Shown here in pieces: positions 1 to 14,188 of a stretch of DNA of 64,000 nucleotides. The stretch is from Neoechinorhynchus agilis (taxonomy: Eukaryota; Animalia; Acanthocephala), in contig CM121341.1 in the NCBI GenBank assembly GCA_051530055.1, positions 17,028,784 to 17,092,783 of the forward strand, in the 5' to 3' direction. The notes below the pieces were generated by a model. It did no database searches. It had not been told where the DNA came from and saw nothing but the letters and a program-made list of their open reading frames with translations. The stretch's first letter is position 1. Every line of letters begins with the position of its first letter. A program made the position numbers and the translations under genes.

Positions 1-3000
1 TTCATTCTCAATTTTTATTCTCGGTCCCAACTCCTGATTTCCATTTGTTGAAATGACGATTCGCAAGTTCGATTTGTTTTTTGCCATTTTCGTTTTTTCT
101 ATTTCGTTGCTTTGTCTTGTTATCTCACCGGCATAGAAGTTTGCTTTACCGCCTTCTCTTTCTGAGCATTTAAATTTTTTGAGAAATTTAATCTTTTTGT
201 TCAATGGAAACTTTTTCATTTATTAAAATAAAATGAATTCTTCAATCTAAGTTTTTAGTTTAAATCTCATAATTTTTTTTATATAAAGGACGGAAATGAT
301 GATCCCGAATTTTTATTGAATAGTGAAATGTGCTTAAGCGGCCAAATGTGTTCCTCTCGTCTGATCCGTTTCTAGATTTTTCGTTTTTTGCTTCAAGAGT
401 TCATTTCCAATCTATATTTTTATTTATTTCTTATATGTTCGCGGCATTTTTATATATATTTAAATTTTAGTCCTGTTTTAGCGCTTAGATCCAATAAATT
501 AGACATGCAAGTTTAGTTCCAATGTTTTTTCATAGTCTTTATTATGTTATTTAAGTTATTGTACAAAAGTTGGAGTATTTTCAATGATTTTGTTTGCTGC
601 TTAATTGACGATGTCATTGAAACTCAATAGTTCAATGAGTTCGCTTAGGCAATACCACCTTTTTTATGTGTTCTGTTAATGTTTTCGAAAATTCTTGTTT
701 TTTTTGCTTTCGGTTTTAAAATTTTTTCTCATTTCGTCTTGATGAGAAGCCCATAAAATGATATTGAATTCTACTATTCCTGAAATGATTATTTAAAGCT
801 GGAATTACTGTCTGAAAAATGACGATTTCTTTAAATCTGACCGGACATTTTGATCTAAGTCAAATGATGACCATCTGACGATTCTGAACTTTCGTGACGA
901 CATGGGATTGTCTCGTTCGTCTGATGACTTTTCTAAATTTTACTTCCTTTCCGTTGTCGTTTTTACGGAAGGAAATTAATTTTTTAGAGCACTCAAAATT
1001 TTTTTATTCGCTCCTCTAACTGAACCTCTTTTAGCCCATTAAAGATAAAGAATGGAAGTGATGATAATGAGTTAAATTGAACATTGAAATGAGCCTAATT
1101 GGCCAAATAGCACCTCTTGTCTGATTCATTCTCAGTTTTTATTCTCGGTCACAACTCCTGATTTCCATTTGTTGGAATGACGATTCGCAAGTTCGATTTG
1201 TTTTTTTGCCATTTTCGTTTTTTCTATTTCGTTACTTTGTATTGTTATCTGACCGGCGTAGATGTTCGATGGGCCGCCTTCGATTTCTAAGCAATTTAAT
1301 TTTTTCATCCAATGAATTCTTTTTGTTCAAGTGGAACTGTTTCATTTATAAAAATAAAATGCATTTTTTTAATTTAAGTTTTTTGCTTGAATCTCATAAT
1401 TTGTTTTATATAAAGGACGGAAATCATGATCTCGAATTTAATTGAATAGTGAAATGTGCCTAAGCGGCCAAATGTGTTCCTCTCGTCTGATCGGTTTCTG
1501 GATTTTTCGTTTTTTGCTTCAACATTTCATTTCCAATGTATATTTTTAATTATTTCTTATACGTTCGCGGCATTTTCATAGATATTTAAATCTTAGTCCG
1601 GTTGTAGCTTTTAGATCCAATAAATTAGACATGCAATTTTAGTTCCAATGTTTTTTCATAGTCTTTATTATGTTTTTAAAGTTACTGTACAAAAGTTGCA
1701 CGCTTTTCAATTATTTTATTTGCTGCTTAATTGTGCGATGTCATTGAAACTCAATAGTTCAATGAGTTCGCTTAGGCAATATCACCTTTTTTATGTGTTC
1801 TGTTAATGTTTTCGAAAATTCTTGTTTTTTTGCTTTCGGTTTTAAAATTTTTTCTCATTTCGTCTTGATGAGAAGCCAATAAAATGATATTGAATTCTAC
1901 TATTCCTGAAATGATTATTTAAAGCTGGAATTACTGTCTAAAAAATGACGATTTCTTTAAATCTGACCGGACATTTTGATCTAAGTCAAATGATGACCAT
2001 CTGACGATTCTTAATTTTCGTGACGACATGGGATTGTCTCGTTCGTCTGATGACCTTTCTAAATTTTACTTCCTTTCCGTTGTCGTTTTTACGGAAGGAA
2101 ATTAATTTTTTAGAGCACTCAAAAATTTTTTTATCCGCTCCTCTAACTGAACCTCTTTTAGCCCATTAAAGATAAAGAATGGAAGTGATGATAATGAGTT
2201 AAATTGAACATTGAAATGAGCCTAATTGGCCAAATAGCACCTCTTGTCTGATTCATTCTCAGTTTTTATTCTCGGTCACAACTCCTGATTTCCATTTGTT
2301 GGAATGACGATTCGCAAGTTCGATTTGTTTTTTTGCCATTTTCGTTTTTTCTATTTCGTTCCTTTGTCTTGTTATCTGACCGGCGTAGATGTTCGATGGG
2401 CCGCCTTCGATTTCTAAGCAATTTAATTTTTTCATCCAATGAATTCTTTTTGTTCAAGTGGAACTGTTTCATTTATAAAAATAAAATGCATTTTTTAATT
2501 TAAGTTTTTTGCTTGAATCTCATAATTTGTTTTATATAAAGGACGGAAATCATGATCTCGAATTTAATTGAATAGTGAAATGTGCCTAAGCGGCCAAATG
2601 TGTTCCTCTCGTCTGATCGGTTTCTGGATTTTTCGTTTTTTGCTTCAAGATTTCATTTCCAATGTATATTTTTAATTATTTCTTATACGTTCGCGGCATT
2701 TTCATAGATATTTAAATCTTAGTCCGGTTGTAGCTTTTAGATCCAATAAATTAGACATGCAATTTTAGTTCCAATGTTTTTTCATAGTCTTTATTATGTT
2801 TTTAAAGTTACTGTACAAAAGTTGCACGCTTTTCAATTATTTTATTTGCTGCTTAATGGACGATGTCATTGAAACTCAATAGTTCAATGAGTTCGCTTAG
2901 CCAATATCACTTTTTTTATGTGTTCTGTTAATGTTTTCGAAAATTCTTGTTTTTTTGCTTTCGGTTTTAAATTTTTTTCATTTCGTCTTAAAGAGAAGAT

Positions 3001-6000
3001 AATAAAATTATATTGAATTCTACTATTCCTGAAATGATTATTTAAAGCTGGAATTACTGTCTGAAAAATGACGATTTCTTTAAATCTGACCGGACATTTT
3101 GATCTAAGTCAAATGATGACCATCTGACGATTCTTAATTTTCGTGACGACATGGGATTGTCTCGTTCGTCTGATGACCTTTCTAAATTTTACTTCCTTTC
3201 CGTTGTCGTTTTTACGGAAGGAAATTAATTTTTTAGAGCACTCAAAATTTTTTTATTCGCTCCTCTAACTGAACCTCTTTTAGCCCATTAAAGATAAAGA
3301 ATGGAAGTGATGATAATGAGTTAAATTGAACATTGAAATGAGCCTAATTGGCCAAATAGCACCTCTTGTCTTATTCATTCTCAGTTTTTATTCTCGGTCA
3401 CAACTCCTGATTTCCATTTGTTGGAATGACGATTCGCAAGTTCGATTTGTTTTGCCATTTTCGTTTTTTCTATTTCGTTGCTTTGTCTTGTTATCTGACC
3501 GGCGTAGATGTTCGATGGGCCGCCTTCGATTTCTGAGCAATTTAATTTTTTCATCAATGAATTCTTTTTGTTCAATGGAACTGTTTCATTTATAAAAATA
3601 AAATGCATTTTTTAATTTAAGTTTTTTGCTTGAATCTCATAATTTGTTTTATATAAAGGACGGAAATCATGATCTCGAATTTAATTGAATAGTGAAATGT
3701 GCCTAAGCGGCCAAATGTGTTCCTCTCGTCTGATCGGTTTCTGGATTTTTCGTTTTTTGCTTCAAGATTTCATTTCCAATGTATATTTTTAATTATTTCT
3801 TATACGTTCGCGGCATTTTCATAGATATTTAAATCTTAGTCCGGTTGTAGCTTTTAGATCCAATAAATTAGACATGCAATTTTAGTTCCAAGTTTTTTTC
3901 ATAGTCTTTATTATGTTTTTAAAGTTACTGTACAAAAGTTGCACGCTTTTCAATTATTTTATTTGCTGCTTAATGGACGATGTCATTGAAACTCAATAGT
4001 TTAATGAGTTCGCTTAGCCAATCGCACTTTTTTTATGCGTTCTGTTAATGTTTTCGAAAGCTCTCGTTTTTATGCTTTCGGTTAACTTAGATTTTTTTCA
4101 TTTCGTCTTAAAAAGAAGATAATAAAATTATATTGAATTCTACTATTCCTGAAATGATTATTTAAAGCTGGAATTACTGTCTGAAAAATGACGATTTCTT
4201 TAAATCTGACCGGACATTTTGATCTAAGTCAAATGATGACCATCTGACGATTCTTAATTTTCGTGACGACATGGGATTGTCTCGTTCGTCTGATGACCTT
4301 TCTAACTTTTACTTCCTTTCCGTTGTCGTTTTTACGGAAGGAAATTAATTTTTTTAGCTATCAAACAATTTTTTATTCGCTCCTCTAACTGAACCTCTTT
4401 TAGCCCATTAAAGATAAAAAATGGAAGTGATGATAATGAGTTAAATTGAACATTGAAATGAGCCTAATTGGCCAAATTGCACCTCTTGTCTTATTCATTC
4501 TCAATTTTTATTCTCGGTCCCAACTCCTGATTTCCATTTGTTGAAATGACGATTCGCAAGTTCGATTTGTTTTTTGCCATTTTCGTTTTTTCTATTTCGT
4601 TGCTTTGTCTTGTTATCTCACCGGCATAGAAGTTCGCTTTACCGCCTTCTCTTTCTGAGCATTTAAATTTTTTGAGGAATTTATTCTTTTTGTTCAATGG
4701 AAACTTTTTCATTTATTAAAATAAAATGAATTCTTCAATCTAAGTTTTTAGTTTAAATCTCATAATTTTTTTATATAAAGGACGGAAATGATGATCCCGA
4801 ATTTTTATTGAATAGTGAAATGTGCTTAAGCGGCCAAATGTGTTCCTCTCGTCTGATCCGTTTCTAGATTTTTCGTTTTTTGCTTCAAGAGTTCATTTCC
4901 AATCTATATTTTTATTTATTTCTTATATGTTCGCGGCATTTTTATATATATTTAAATTTTAGTCCTGTTTTAGCGCTTAGATCCAATAAATTAGACATGC
5001 AAGTTTAGTTCCAATGTTTTTTCATAGTCTTTATTATGTTATTTAAGTTATTGTACAAAAGTTGGATGATTTTCAATGATTTTATTTGCTGCTTAATTGA
5101 CGATGTCATTGAAACTCAATAGTTCAATGAGTTCGCTTAGGCAATACCACCTTTTTTATGTGTTCTGTTAATGTTTTCGAAAATTCTTGTTTTTTTTGCT
5201 TTCGGTTTTAAAATTTTTTCTCATTTCGTCTTGATGAGAAGCCAATAAAATGATATTGAATTCTACTATTCCTGAAATGATTATTTAAAGCTGGAATTAC
5301 TGTCTGAAAAATGACGATTTCTTTAAATCTGACTGGACATTATGATCTAAGTCAAATGATGGCCATCTGACGATTCTTAATTTTCGTGACGACATAGAAT
5401 TGTCTCGTTCGTCTGATGACCTTTCTAACTTTTACTTCCTTTCCGTTGTCGTTTTTTCGGAAGGAAATTAATTTTTTTAGCTCTCAGACAATTTTTTATT
5501 CGCTCCTCTTACTGAACCTCTTTTAGCCCATTAAAGATAAAAAATGGAAGTGATAATAATGAGTTAAATTGAACATTGAAATGAGCCTAATTGGCCAAAT
5601 AGCACCTCTTGTCTGATTCATTCTCAGTTTTTATTCTCGGTCACAACTCCTGATTTCCATTTGTTGGAATGACGATTCGCAAGTTCGATTTGTTTTTTTG
5701 CCATTTTCGTTTTTTCTATTTCGTTCATTTGTCTTGTTATCTGACCGGCGTAGATGTTCGATGGGCCGCCTTCGATTTCTAAGCAATTTAATTTTTTCAT
5801 CCAATGAATTCTTTTTGTTCAAGTGGAACTGTTTCATTTATAAAAATAAAATGCATTTTTTTATTTAAGTTTTTTTCTTGAATCTCATAATTTGTTTTAT
5901 ATAAAGGACGGAAATCATGATCTCGAATTTTATTGAATAGTGAAATGTGCCTAAGCGGCCAAATGTGTTCCTCTCGTCTGATCGGTTTCTGGATTTTTCG

Positions 6001-9000
6001 TTTTTTTCTTCAAGATTTCATTTCCAATGTATATTTTTAATTATTTCTTATACGTTCGCGGCATTTTCATAGATATTTAAATCTTAGTCCGGTTGTAGCT
6101 TTTAGATCCAATAAATTAGACATGCAATTTTAGTTCCAATGTTTTTTCATAGTCTTTATTATGTTTTTAAAGTTACTGTACAAAAGTTGCACGCTTTTCA
6201 ATTATTTTATTTGCTGCTTAATGGACGATGTCATTGAAACTCAATAGTTTAATGATTTCGCTTAGCCAATCGCACTTTTTTTATGCGTTCTGTTAATGTT
6301 TTCGAAAGCTCTCGTTTTTATGCTTTCGGTTAACTTAGATTTTTCTCATTTCGTCTTAAAGAGAAGATAATAAAATTATATGGAATTGTACAATTCCTGG
6401 AATGATGATTTAAAGCTGGAATTACTGTCTGAAAAATGACGATTTCTTTAAATCTGACCGGACATTTTGATCTAAGTCAAATGATGACCATCACACGATT
6501 CTTAATTTTCGTGACGACATAGAATTGTCTCGTTCGTCTGATGACCTTCCTAACTTTTACTTCCTTTCCGTTGTCGTTTTTTCGGAAGGAAATTAATTTT
6601 TTTAGCCCTCAAACAATTTTTTTTTAGCTCCTCTAACTGAACCTCTTTTAGCCCATTAAAGATAAAAATGGAAGTGATTATAATGAGTTAAATTGAACAT
6701 TGAAATGAGCCTAATTGGCCAAATCGCACCTCTTGTCTGATTCATTCTCAGTTTTTATTCTCGGTCACAACTGATGATTTCCATTTGTTGGAATGACGAT
6801 TCGCAAGTTCGATTTGTTTTTTTGCCATTTTCGTTTTTTCTATTTCGTTGCTTTGTCTTGTTATCTCACCGGCATAGAAGTTCGCTTTACCGCCTTCTCT
6901 TTCTGAGCATTTAAATTTTTTTGAGGAATTTATTCTTTTTGTTCAATGGAAACTTTTTCATTTATTAAAATAAAATGCATTCTGCAATCTAAGTTTTTAG
7001 TTTAAATCTCATAATTTGTTTTAGATAAAGGACGGAAATGATGTTCCCGAATTTGATTGAATAGTGAAATGTGCCTAAGCGGCCAAATGTGTTCCTCTCG
7101 TCTGATCCGTTTCTAGATTTTTCGTTTTTTGCTTCAAGAGTTCATTTCCAATCTATATTTTTAATTATATCTTATACTTTCGCGGCATTTTGATAGATAT
7201 TTAAATTTTAGTCCTGTTGTAGCGCTTAGATCCAATAAATTAGACTTGCAAGTTTAGTTCCAATGTTTTTTTCATAGTCTTTATTATGTTATTTAAGTTA
7301 CTGTACAAGAGTTGGATGCTTTTCAATGATTTTATTTGCGGCTTAATTGACGATGTCATTGAAACTCAATAGTTCAATGACTTCGCTTAGCCAATACCAC
7401 CTTTTTTATGTGTTCTGTTAATGTTTTCGAAAATTCTTGTTTTTTTGCTTTCGGTTTTAAAATTTTTTCTCATTTCGTCTTGATGAGAAGCCAATAAAAT
7501 GATATTGAATTCTACTATTCCTGAAATGATTATTTAAAGCTGGAATTACTGTCTAAAAAATGACGATTTCTTTAAATCTGACCGGACATTTTGATCTAAG
7601 TCAAATGATGACCATCTGTCGATTCTGAACTTTCGTGACGACATGGGATTGTCTCGTTCGTCTGATGACCTTGATTAACTTTTCATCCTTTCCGTTGTCG
7701 TTTTTACGAAAGGAAATTAATTTTTTTGAGCACTCAAAAATTTTTTATTCGCTCCTCTTACTGAACCTCTTTTAGCCCATTAAAGATAAAGAATGAAAGT
7801 GATGATAATGAGTTAAATTGAACATTGAAATGAGCCTAATTGGCCAAATAGCACCTCTTGTCTGATTCATTCTCAGTTTTTATTCTCGGTCACAACTCCT
7901 GATTTCCATTTGTTGGAATGACGATTCGCAAGTTCGATTTGTTTTTTTGCCATTTTCGTTTTTTCTATTTCGTTACTTTGTATTGTTATCTGACCGGCGT
8001 AGATGTTCGATGGGCCGCCTTCGATTTCTGAGCAATTTAATTTTTTCATCGAATGAATTCTTTTTGTTCAAGTGAAACTGTTTCATTTATAAAAATAAAA
8101 TGCATTTTTTAATTTAATTTTTTTGCTTGAATCTCATAATTTGTTTTATATAAAGGACGGAAATCATGATCTCGAATTTAATTGAAAAGTGAAATGTGCC
8201 TAAGCGGCCAAATGTGTTCCTCTCGTCTGATCGGTTTCTGGATTTTTCGTTTTTTGCTTCAAGATTTCATTTCCAATGTATATTTTTAATTATTTCTTAT
8301 ACGTTCGCGGCATTTTCATAGATATTTAAATCTTAGTCCGGTTGTAGCTTTTAGATCCAATAAATTGGACATGCAATTTTAGTTCCAATGTTTTTTCATA
8401 GTCTTTATTATGTTTTTAAATTACTGTACAAAAGTTGCACGCTTTTCAATTATTTTATTTGCTGCTTAATTGTGCGATGTCATTGAAACTCAATAGTTCA
8501 ATGAGTTCGCTTAGGCAATATCACCTTTTTTATGTGTTCTGTTAATGTTTTCGAAAATTCTTGTTTTTTTGCTTTCGGTTTTAAAAATTTTTCTCATTTC
8601 GTCTTGATGAGAAGCCAATAAAATGATATTGAATTCTACTATTCCTGAAATGATTATTTAAAGCTGGAATTACTGTCTAAAAAATGACGATTTCTTTAAA
8701 TCTGACCGGACATTTTGATCTAAGTCAAATGATGACCATCTGACGATTCTGAACTTTCGTGACGACATGGGATTGTCTCGTTCGTCTGATGACCTTTCTA
8801 AATTTTACTTCCTTTCCGTTGTCGTTTTTACGGAAGGAAATTAATTTTTTAGAGCACTCAAAATTTTTTTATTCGCTCCTCTAACTGAACCTCTTTTAGC
8901 CCATTAAAGATAAAGAATGAAAGTGATGATAATGAGTTAAATTGAACATTGAAATGAGCCTAATTGGCCAAATAGCACCTCTTGTCTGATTCATTCTCAG

Positions 9001-11855
9001 TTTTTATTCTCGGTCACAACTCCTGATTTCCATTTGTTGGAATGACGATTCGCAAGTTCGATTTGTTTTTTTGCCATTTTCGTTTTTTCTATTTCGTTGC
9101 TTTGTCTTGTTATCTCACCGGCATAGAAGTTCGCTTTACCGCCTTCTTCTGAGCATTTAAATTTTTTGAGGAATTTATTCTTTTTGTTCAATGGAAACTT
9201 TTTCATTTATTGAAATAAAATGCATTCTTCAATCTAAGTTTTTAGTTTAAATCTCATAATTTGTTTTAGATAAAGGACGGAAATGATGTTCCCGAATTTG
9301 ATTGAATAGTGAAATGTGCCTAAGCGGCCAAATGTGTTCCTCTCGTCTGATCCGTTTCTAGATTTTTCGTTTTTTGCTTCAAGAGTTCATTTCCAATCTA
9401 TATTTTTAATTATTTCTTATACTTTCGCGGCATTTTGATAGATATTTAAATTTTAGTCCTGTTGTAGCGCTTAGATCCAATAAATTAGACTTGCAAGTTT
9501 AGTTCCAATGTTTTTTTCATAGTCTTTATTATGTTATTTAAGTTACTGTACAAGAGTTGGATGCTTTTCAATGATTTTATTTGCTGCTTAATTGACGATG
9601 TCATTGAAACTCAATAGTTCAATGAGTTCGCTTAGCCAATACCACCTTTTTTATGTGTTCTGTTAATGTTTTCGAAAATTCTTGTTTTTTTGCTTTCGGT
9701 TTTAAAATTTTTTCTCATTTCGTCTTGATGAGAAGCCAATAAAATGATATTGAATTCTACTATTCCTGAAATGATTATTTAAAGCTGGAATTACTGTCTG
9801 AAAAATGACGATTTCTTTAAATCTGACCGGACATTTTGATCTAAGTCAAATGATGACCATCTGACGATTCTGAACTTTCGTGACGACATGGGATTGTCTC
9901 GTTCGTCTGATGACCTTGATTAACTTTTCATCCTTTCCGTTGTCGTTTTTACGAAAGGAAATTAATTTTTTAGAGCACTCAAATTTTTTTTATTTGCTCT
10001 TCCAATTAAAGTTCGTTTGGTCGTTTAAAGATAAAGAATGAAAGTGATGATAATGAGTTAAATTGAACATTTAAATGTGCCTAATTTGCCAATTGAACAC
10101 CTCTGTTCTTATTCATTCTCAATTTTTCTTCCCGGTCACAACTGCTGATTGGTATTTGTTGAAATGATGATTCGCAATTACGATTTGTTTTTTGGCATTT
10201 TCGTTTTTTCTATTTCGTTACTTTGTATTGTTATCTGACCGGCGTAGATGTTCGATGGGCCGCCTTCGATTTCTGAGCAATTTAATTTTTTCATCGAATG
10301 AATTCTTTTTGTTCAAGTGAAACTGTTTCATTTATAAAAATAAAATGCATTTTTTAATTTAATTTTTTTGCTTGAATCTCATAATTTGTTTTATATAAAG
10401 GACGGAAATCATGATCTCGAATTTAATTGAAAAGTGAAATGTGCCTAAGCGGCCAAATGTGTTCCTCTCGTCTGATCGGTTTCTGGATTTTTCGTTTTTT
10501 GCTTCAAGATTTCATTTCCAATGTATATTTTTAATTATTTCTTATACGTTCGCGGCATTTTCATAGATATTTAAATCTTAGTCCGGTTGTAGCTTTTAGA
10601 TCCAATAAATTAGACATGCAATTTTAGTTCCAATGTTTTTTCATAGTCTTTATTATGTTTTTAAAGTTACTGTACAAAAGTTGCACGCTTTTCAATTATT
10701 TTATTTGCTGCTTAATTGTGCGATGTCATTGAAACTCAATAGTTCAATGAGTTCGCTTAGGCAATATCACCTTTTTTATGTGTTCTGTTAATGTTTTCGA
10801 AAATTCTTGTTTTTTTGCTTTCGGTTTTAAAAATTTTTCTCATTTCGTCTTGAAGAGAAGCTAATAAAATGATATTGAATTCTACTATTCCTGAAATGAT
10901 TATTTAAAGCTGGAATTACTGTCTGAAAAATGACGATTTCTTTAAATCTGACCGGACATTTTGATCTAAGTCAAATGATGACCATCTGACGATTCTTAAT
11001 TTTCGTGACGACATAGAATTGTCTCGTTCGTCTGATGACCTTTCTAACTTTTACTTCCTTTCCGTTGTCGTTTTTTCGGAAGGAAATTAATTTTTTTAGC
11101 TCTCAAACAATTTTTTATTCGCTCCTCTAACTGAACCTCTTTTAGCCCATTAAAGATAAAAAATGGAAGTGATGATAATGAGTTAAATTGAACATTGAAA
11201 TGAGCCTAATTGGCCAAATAGCACCTCTTGTCTGATTCATTCTCAATTTTTATTCTCGGTCACAACTCCTGATTTCCATTTGTTGGAATGACGATTCGCA
11301 AGTTCGATTTGTTTTTTGCCATTTTCGTTTTTTCTATTTCGTTACTTTGTCTTGTTATCTGACCGGCATAGAAGTTCGCTTTACCGCCTTCTCTTTCTGA
11401 GCATTTAAATTTTTTTGAGGAATTTATTCTTTTTGTTCAATGGAAACTTTTTCATTTATTAAAATAAAATGCATTCTTCAATCTAAGTTTTTAGTTTATA
11501 TCTCATAATTTGTTTTATATAAAGGACGGAAATGATGATCCCGAATTTAATTGAATAGTGAAATGTGCCTAAGCGGCCAAATGTGTTCCTCTCGTCTGAT
11601 CCGTTTCTAGATTTTTCGTTTTTTGCTTCAAGAGTTCATTTCCAATCTATATTTTTAATTATTTCTTATACTTTCGCGGCATTTTTATAGATATTTAAAT
11701 TTTAGTCCTGTTGTAGCTTCATTTCCAATCTATATTTTTAATTATTTCTTATACATTCGCGGCATTTTTATATATATTTAAATTTTAGTCCTGTTGTAGC
11801 GCTTAGATCCAATAAATTAGATATGCAAATTTAGTTCCGATGTTTATTTCATAGT
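1..11855. repeat. ~1.12-kb tandem satellite, about 10.5 copies, runs off the left edge of the window
   Basis: The anchor TTCATTCTCA recurs at 1, 1125, 2252, 3374, 4494, 5617 and onward (period 1120-1127). There are two sequence variants of the segment after TTATCT. The short ORFs listed in this interval are repeat-derived. Confidence 0.98.
11635..11800. repeat. 83-bp local tandem duplication inside the last satellite unit
   Basis: TTCATTTCCAATCTATATTTTTAATT...GTCCTGTTGTAGC occurs at 11635-11717 and again at 11718-11800. Confidence 0.9.
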
Positions 11856-13989
11856 TCGGTTGCCTCTCTCAATTTCTTCGAGAGATCCTGGAGCAGAGAG
11901 AGTGCCGAGCTTCCGAGCGTTCCATACGTCTCTACCCCAAAGGGGACAAAATAGTGAGCCCTCGATAGGTGACGATATTTCCGTCTTTTCCTCCCTTTCG
12001 CTGCACTGGCGGCGGCACCGGCGATTTCGAGGGAGTAGGGGATGTTGCTGGCTGCGAGGGTATCCACACACGTGGCGTCCCAGAGAAGGCATTTGCCCTC
12101 CCGCCACGGGAAGACCGAAGTTCCATCGGGCCTACGGCCGTTTAGTCTACAGAGGTGGGCGTGTTCCAGGATGTTTGGGAAGTTCGCCGTTCTCAACGCC
12201 CGAGAAATTACGTTATTGATTTCAGAATGGCGTGAGAACCTTCCTGCTGACCTTCTGCAGACGAGACCGTGTCGCCCGAAAGCATCAACCAAAGACCCAC
12301 ATCGACAGCGATGGGGAGCGAATGGACAATTCTCTCCATTACGGCATTGACCCATGTTAAAGAGGTAACAAGGACGCGTTAACATCGATCACCAAGTCTT
12401 AAGGATACTACGATCCTCGTTACCTCATCAGTAAGAAGAGTTCCCACTGATGCCAGAGGAACAGCCTGCAACCACGCCCCAGATTCTCGTGTTGAAACTG
12501 CCAACAGTCTTGCTCGGACGACCCCATCGCGAGAACCGGAAAGTAGAGCTGTGAGCTCTCGCGACAAGAGGACCGTCTCAGATCGACTGTCTGAGGCCAT
12601 TCACGGGAACATGGTTAGCGCCTGTCTGCTGGCACCATTCCTCAACCGCCACCACGAAATCCCGGTCTAGACAGAACTTTTCCTTCAAAATGTTCTTCGA
12701 GACTGGTAGGCTCCCCTCAAACGATCCAAGAAAGGCCGGCAAAGCAAGGTCGACTAGTGCCCAAATTCCCAATCCCCCAGATGACACAGGCAAAGAAGCT
12801 TGTCACCACGCCTCATCTGAGAGCTGAACATTTAAAAAACGCTCGAGGCATGCCCTCACCTTATCGTCCAGCTTTGCCAATCCTGTTTTGTGTTTGAAAA
12901 ATGTTGCTGTGCGAACCTTGTACAATAATTTGGGGATGAAGAGCGCGTTCTTTATGAGAAACAAGGCGTCATGAGCCGAGAGAGCGCACACCCTATCGCA
13001 CAGCAACGAAAGTTTCGGTATGATATGGCCGATCTCATCTTCCACATTTGAATCGAAGACGCAACTGCCCAGAAGGCTGAGTTGTTCCCGAGTCACGAGT
13101 TTCAGGCCTGGAGCTACGGCCTCGAACCCAGCCATTAGTTCTTTGACTTTGGCGGCGTCTCCAATATTCAGTACAAGGAGCTCACATTTTCCAGCATTAA
13201 GCTCAATGACCGTCTTCGATGTCTCCCTAAATCAGCGTCTCCAAATCGCGCAGTACAACGGAGGGATCACCTCCGAGCGTAGCGTCATCCAAGTACCAAG
13301 CATTGAAGCTGGAATGGAGAGAATGCGCTATTGGATTTACTGTTAGGGAGAATGCGATTGGACCGGGGAGATCTCCTTTCTGCACTCCTATTTCGGACCA
13401 AATGAGGTGGTCTTCGAAAAGCAAAGAAGTCGCCGTCCCGTAGGCATTGAGAAAATACTGGAAGGCTTCTGGGGCATGATCCCTAATTGCGCGGAACATG
13501 GTTTCTCTATTGAGAGAGTTAAAGGCGTTCCGAAAATCACACTTAAGAATCACGCACGTCTCTGAGCTTCTCGTAGCAAAGTTTCGGAGCGAGCGGACAA
13601 TAGCTTCCGCCCCGCAGGATGTGCAGCAGCCCAGTTGGACTGGACGAAGTTGCTGTCCGGTTTTCTCTGTAATACGTTTGCAGAGAATTTTTCCTGCGAG
13701 TCGGCGTATCGTCGAAGATACGGCGATGGGACGGATCCCACCTTCTTTTTTTGTGAGCGCACACAATGAGGCTCCGAAAAATAGGTCCTTTGCAACGGGG
13801 TTCAGGTCCTCTCCAGTCAGGCGGTCGACTATTCGAGAAAGCGCACTTCCTAGAGAGAGAGCTGCTTCACCAGTTGTAAAGGACATCGTGTCCTTTAGGT
13901 GCTGAGGCCTTAGTCCGTCAAGCCCGTGACCCGAACCATTTGCAAAAGCTGAGATGGCCTTTTTTATCTCTGAAATTTGAGTGGGCGTC
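11856..13989 (-). mobile_element. CRE-clade non-LTR retrotransposon, copy 1 (RT plus restriction-like endonuclease; frameshifted, truncated at both ends)
   Basis: RT motifs GIRPIAV, QLG, ILKCDFRNAFNS, GV.KGD..GP, WYLDD (13227-14036). C-terminal CRCG..D..G.HGL.C, RH..IN, RPDG..VFPW..GK.LLWDATCVDT and FVPFGVET (11849-12385). High identity to copy 2 ends at 13989. Confidence 0.9.
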
Positions 13990-13999
13990 AAAAGGCTAA

Positions 14000-14188
14000 C
14001 AAAATCCCAACTTAAAAAAGCGATCCGCCGCAGCAACGTGCGCCGCGCCGGCTGTTGCGCTCGCTGGCGAGGGGGTGCCCAGTTTCCAATGCAAATCGGT
14101 CAAATGCGATGTTTGTCTTCGTGACTTCAAACCCATTCTCAGTGGTCTCGTGCGCTCCCACGGTCAACATGGGTTGCATCGCCCTTAA
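14000..14188 (+). mobile_element. Inverted fragment encoding a CRE-type N-terminal zinc finger
   Basis: The plus strand reads VKCDVCLRDFKPILSGLVRSHG (14099-14164). This has the same C-x2-C-x12-HG spacing as the N-terminal finger of copy 2 (CPVCGKSYKLTNLG..VHG) but a different sequence and the opposite orientation. Confidence 0.5.

Noticed and set aside
915-985. CTGATGA...GGAAA with a hairpin in each 1.12-kb unit as a hammerhead
   Set aside because: The GAAA is part of the hairpin stem, 16 unpaired nt follow the core, and no stem I or cleavage triplet can be formed.
1206-9206. Repeated 68-89-aa ORFs in the 1.12-kb satellite
   Set aside because: Their frames open and close with homopolymer length changes between units, and no domain was recognised.
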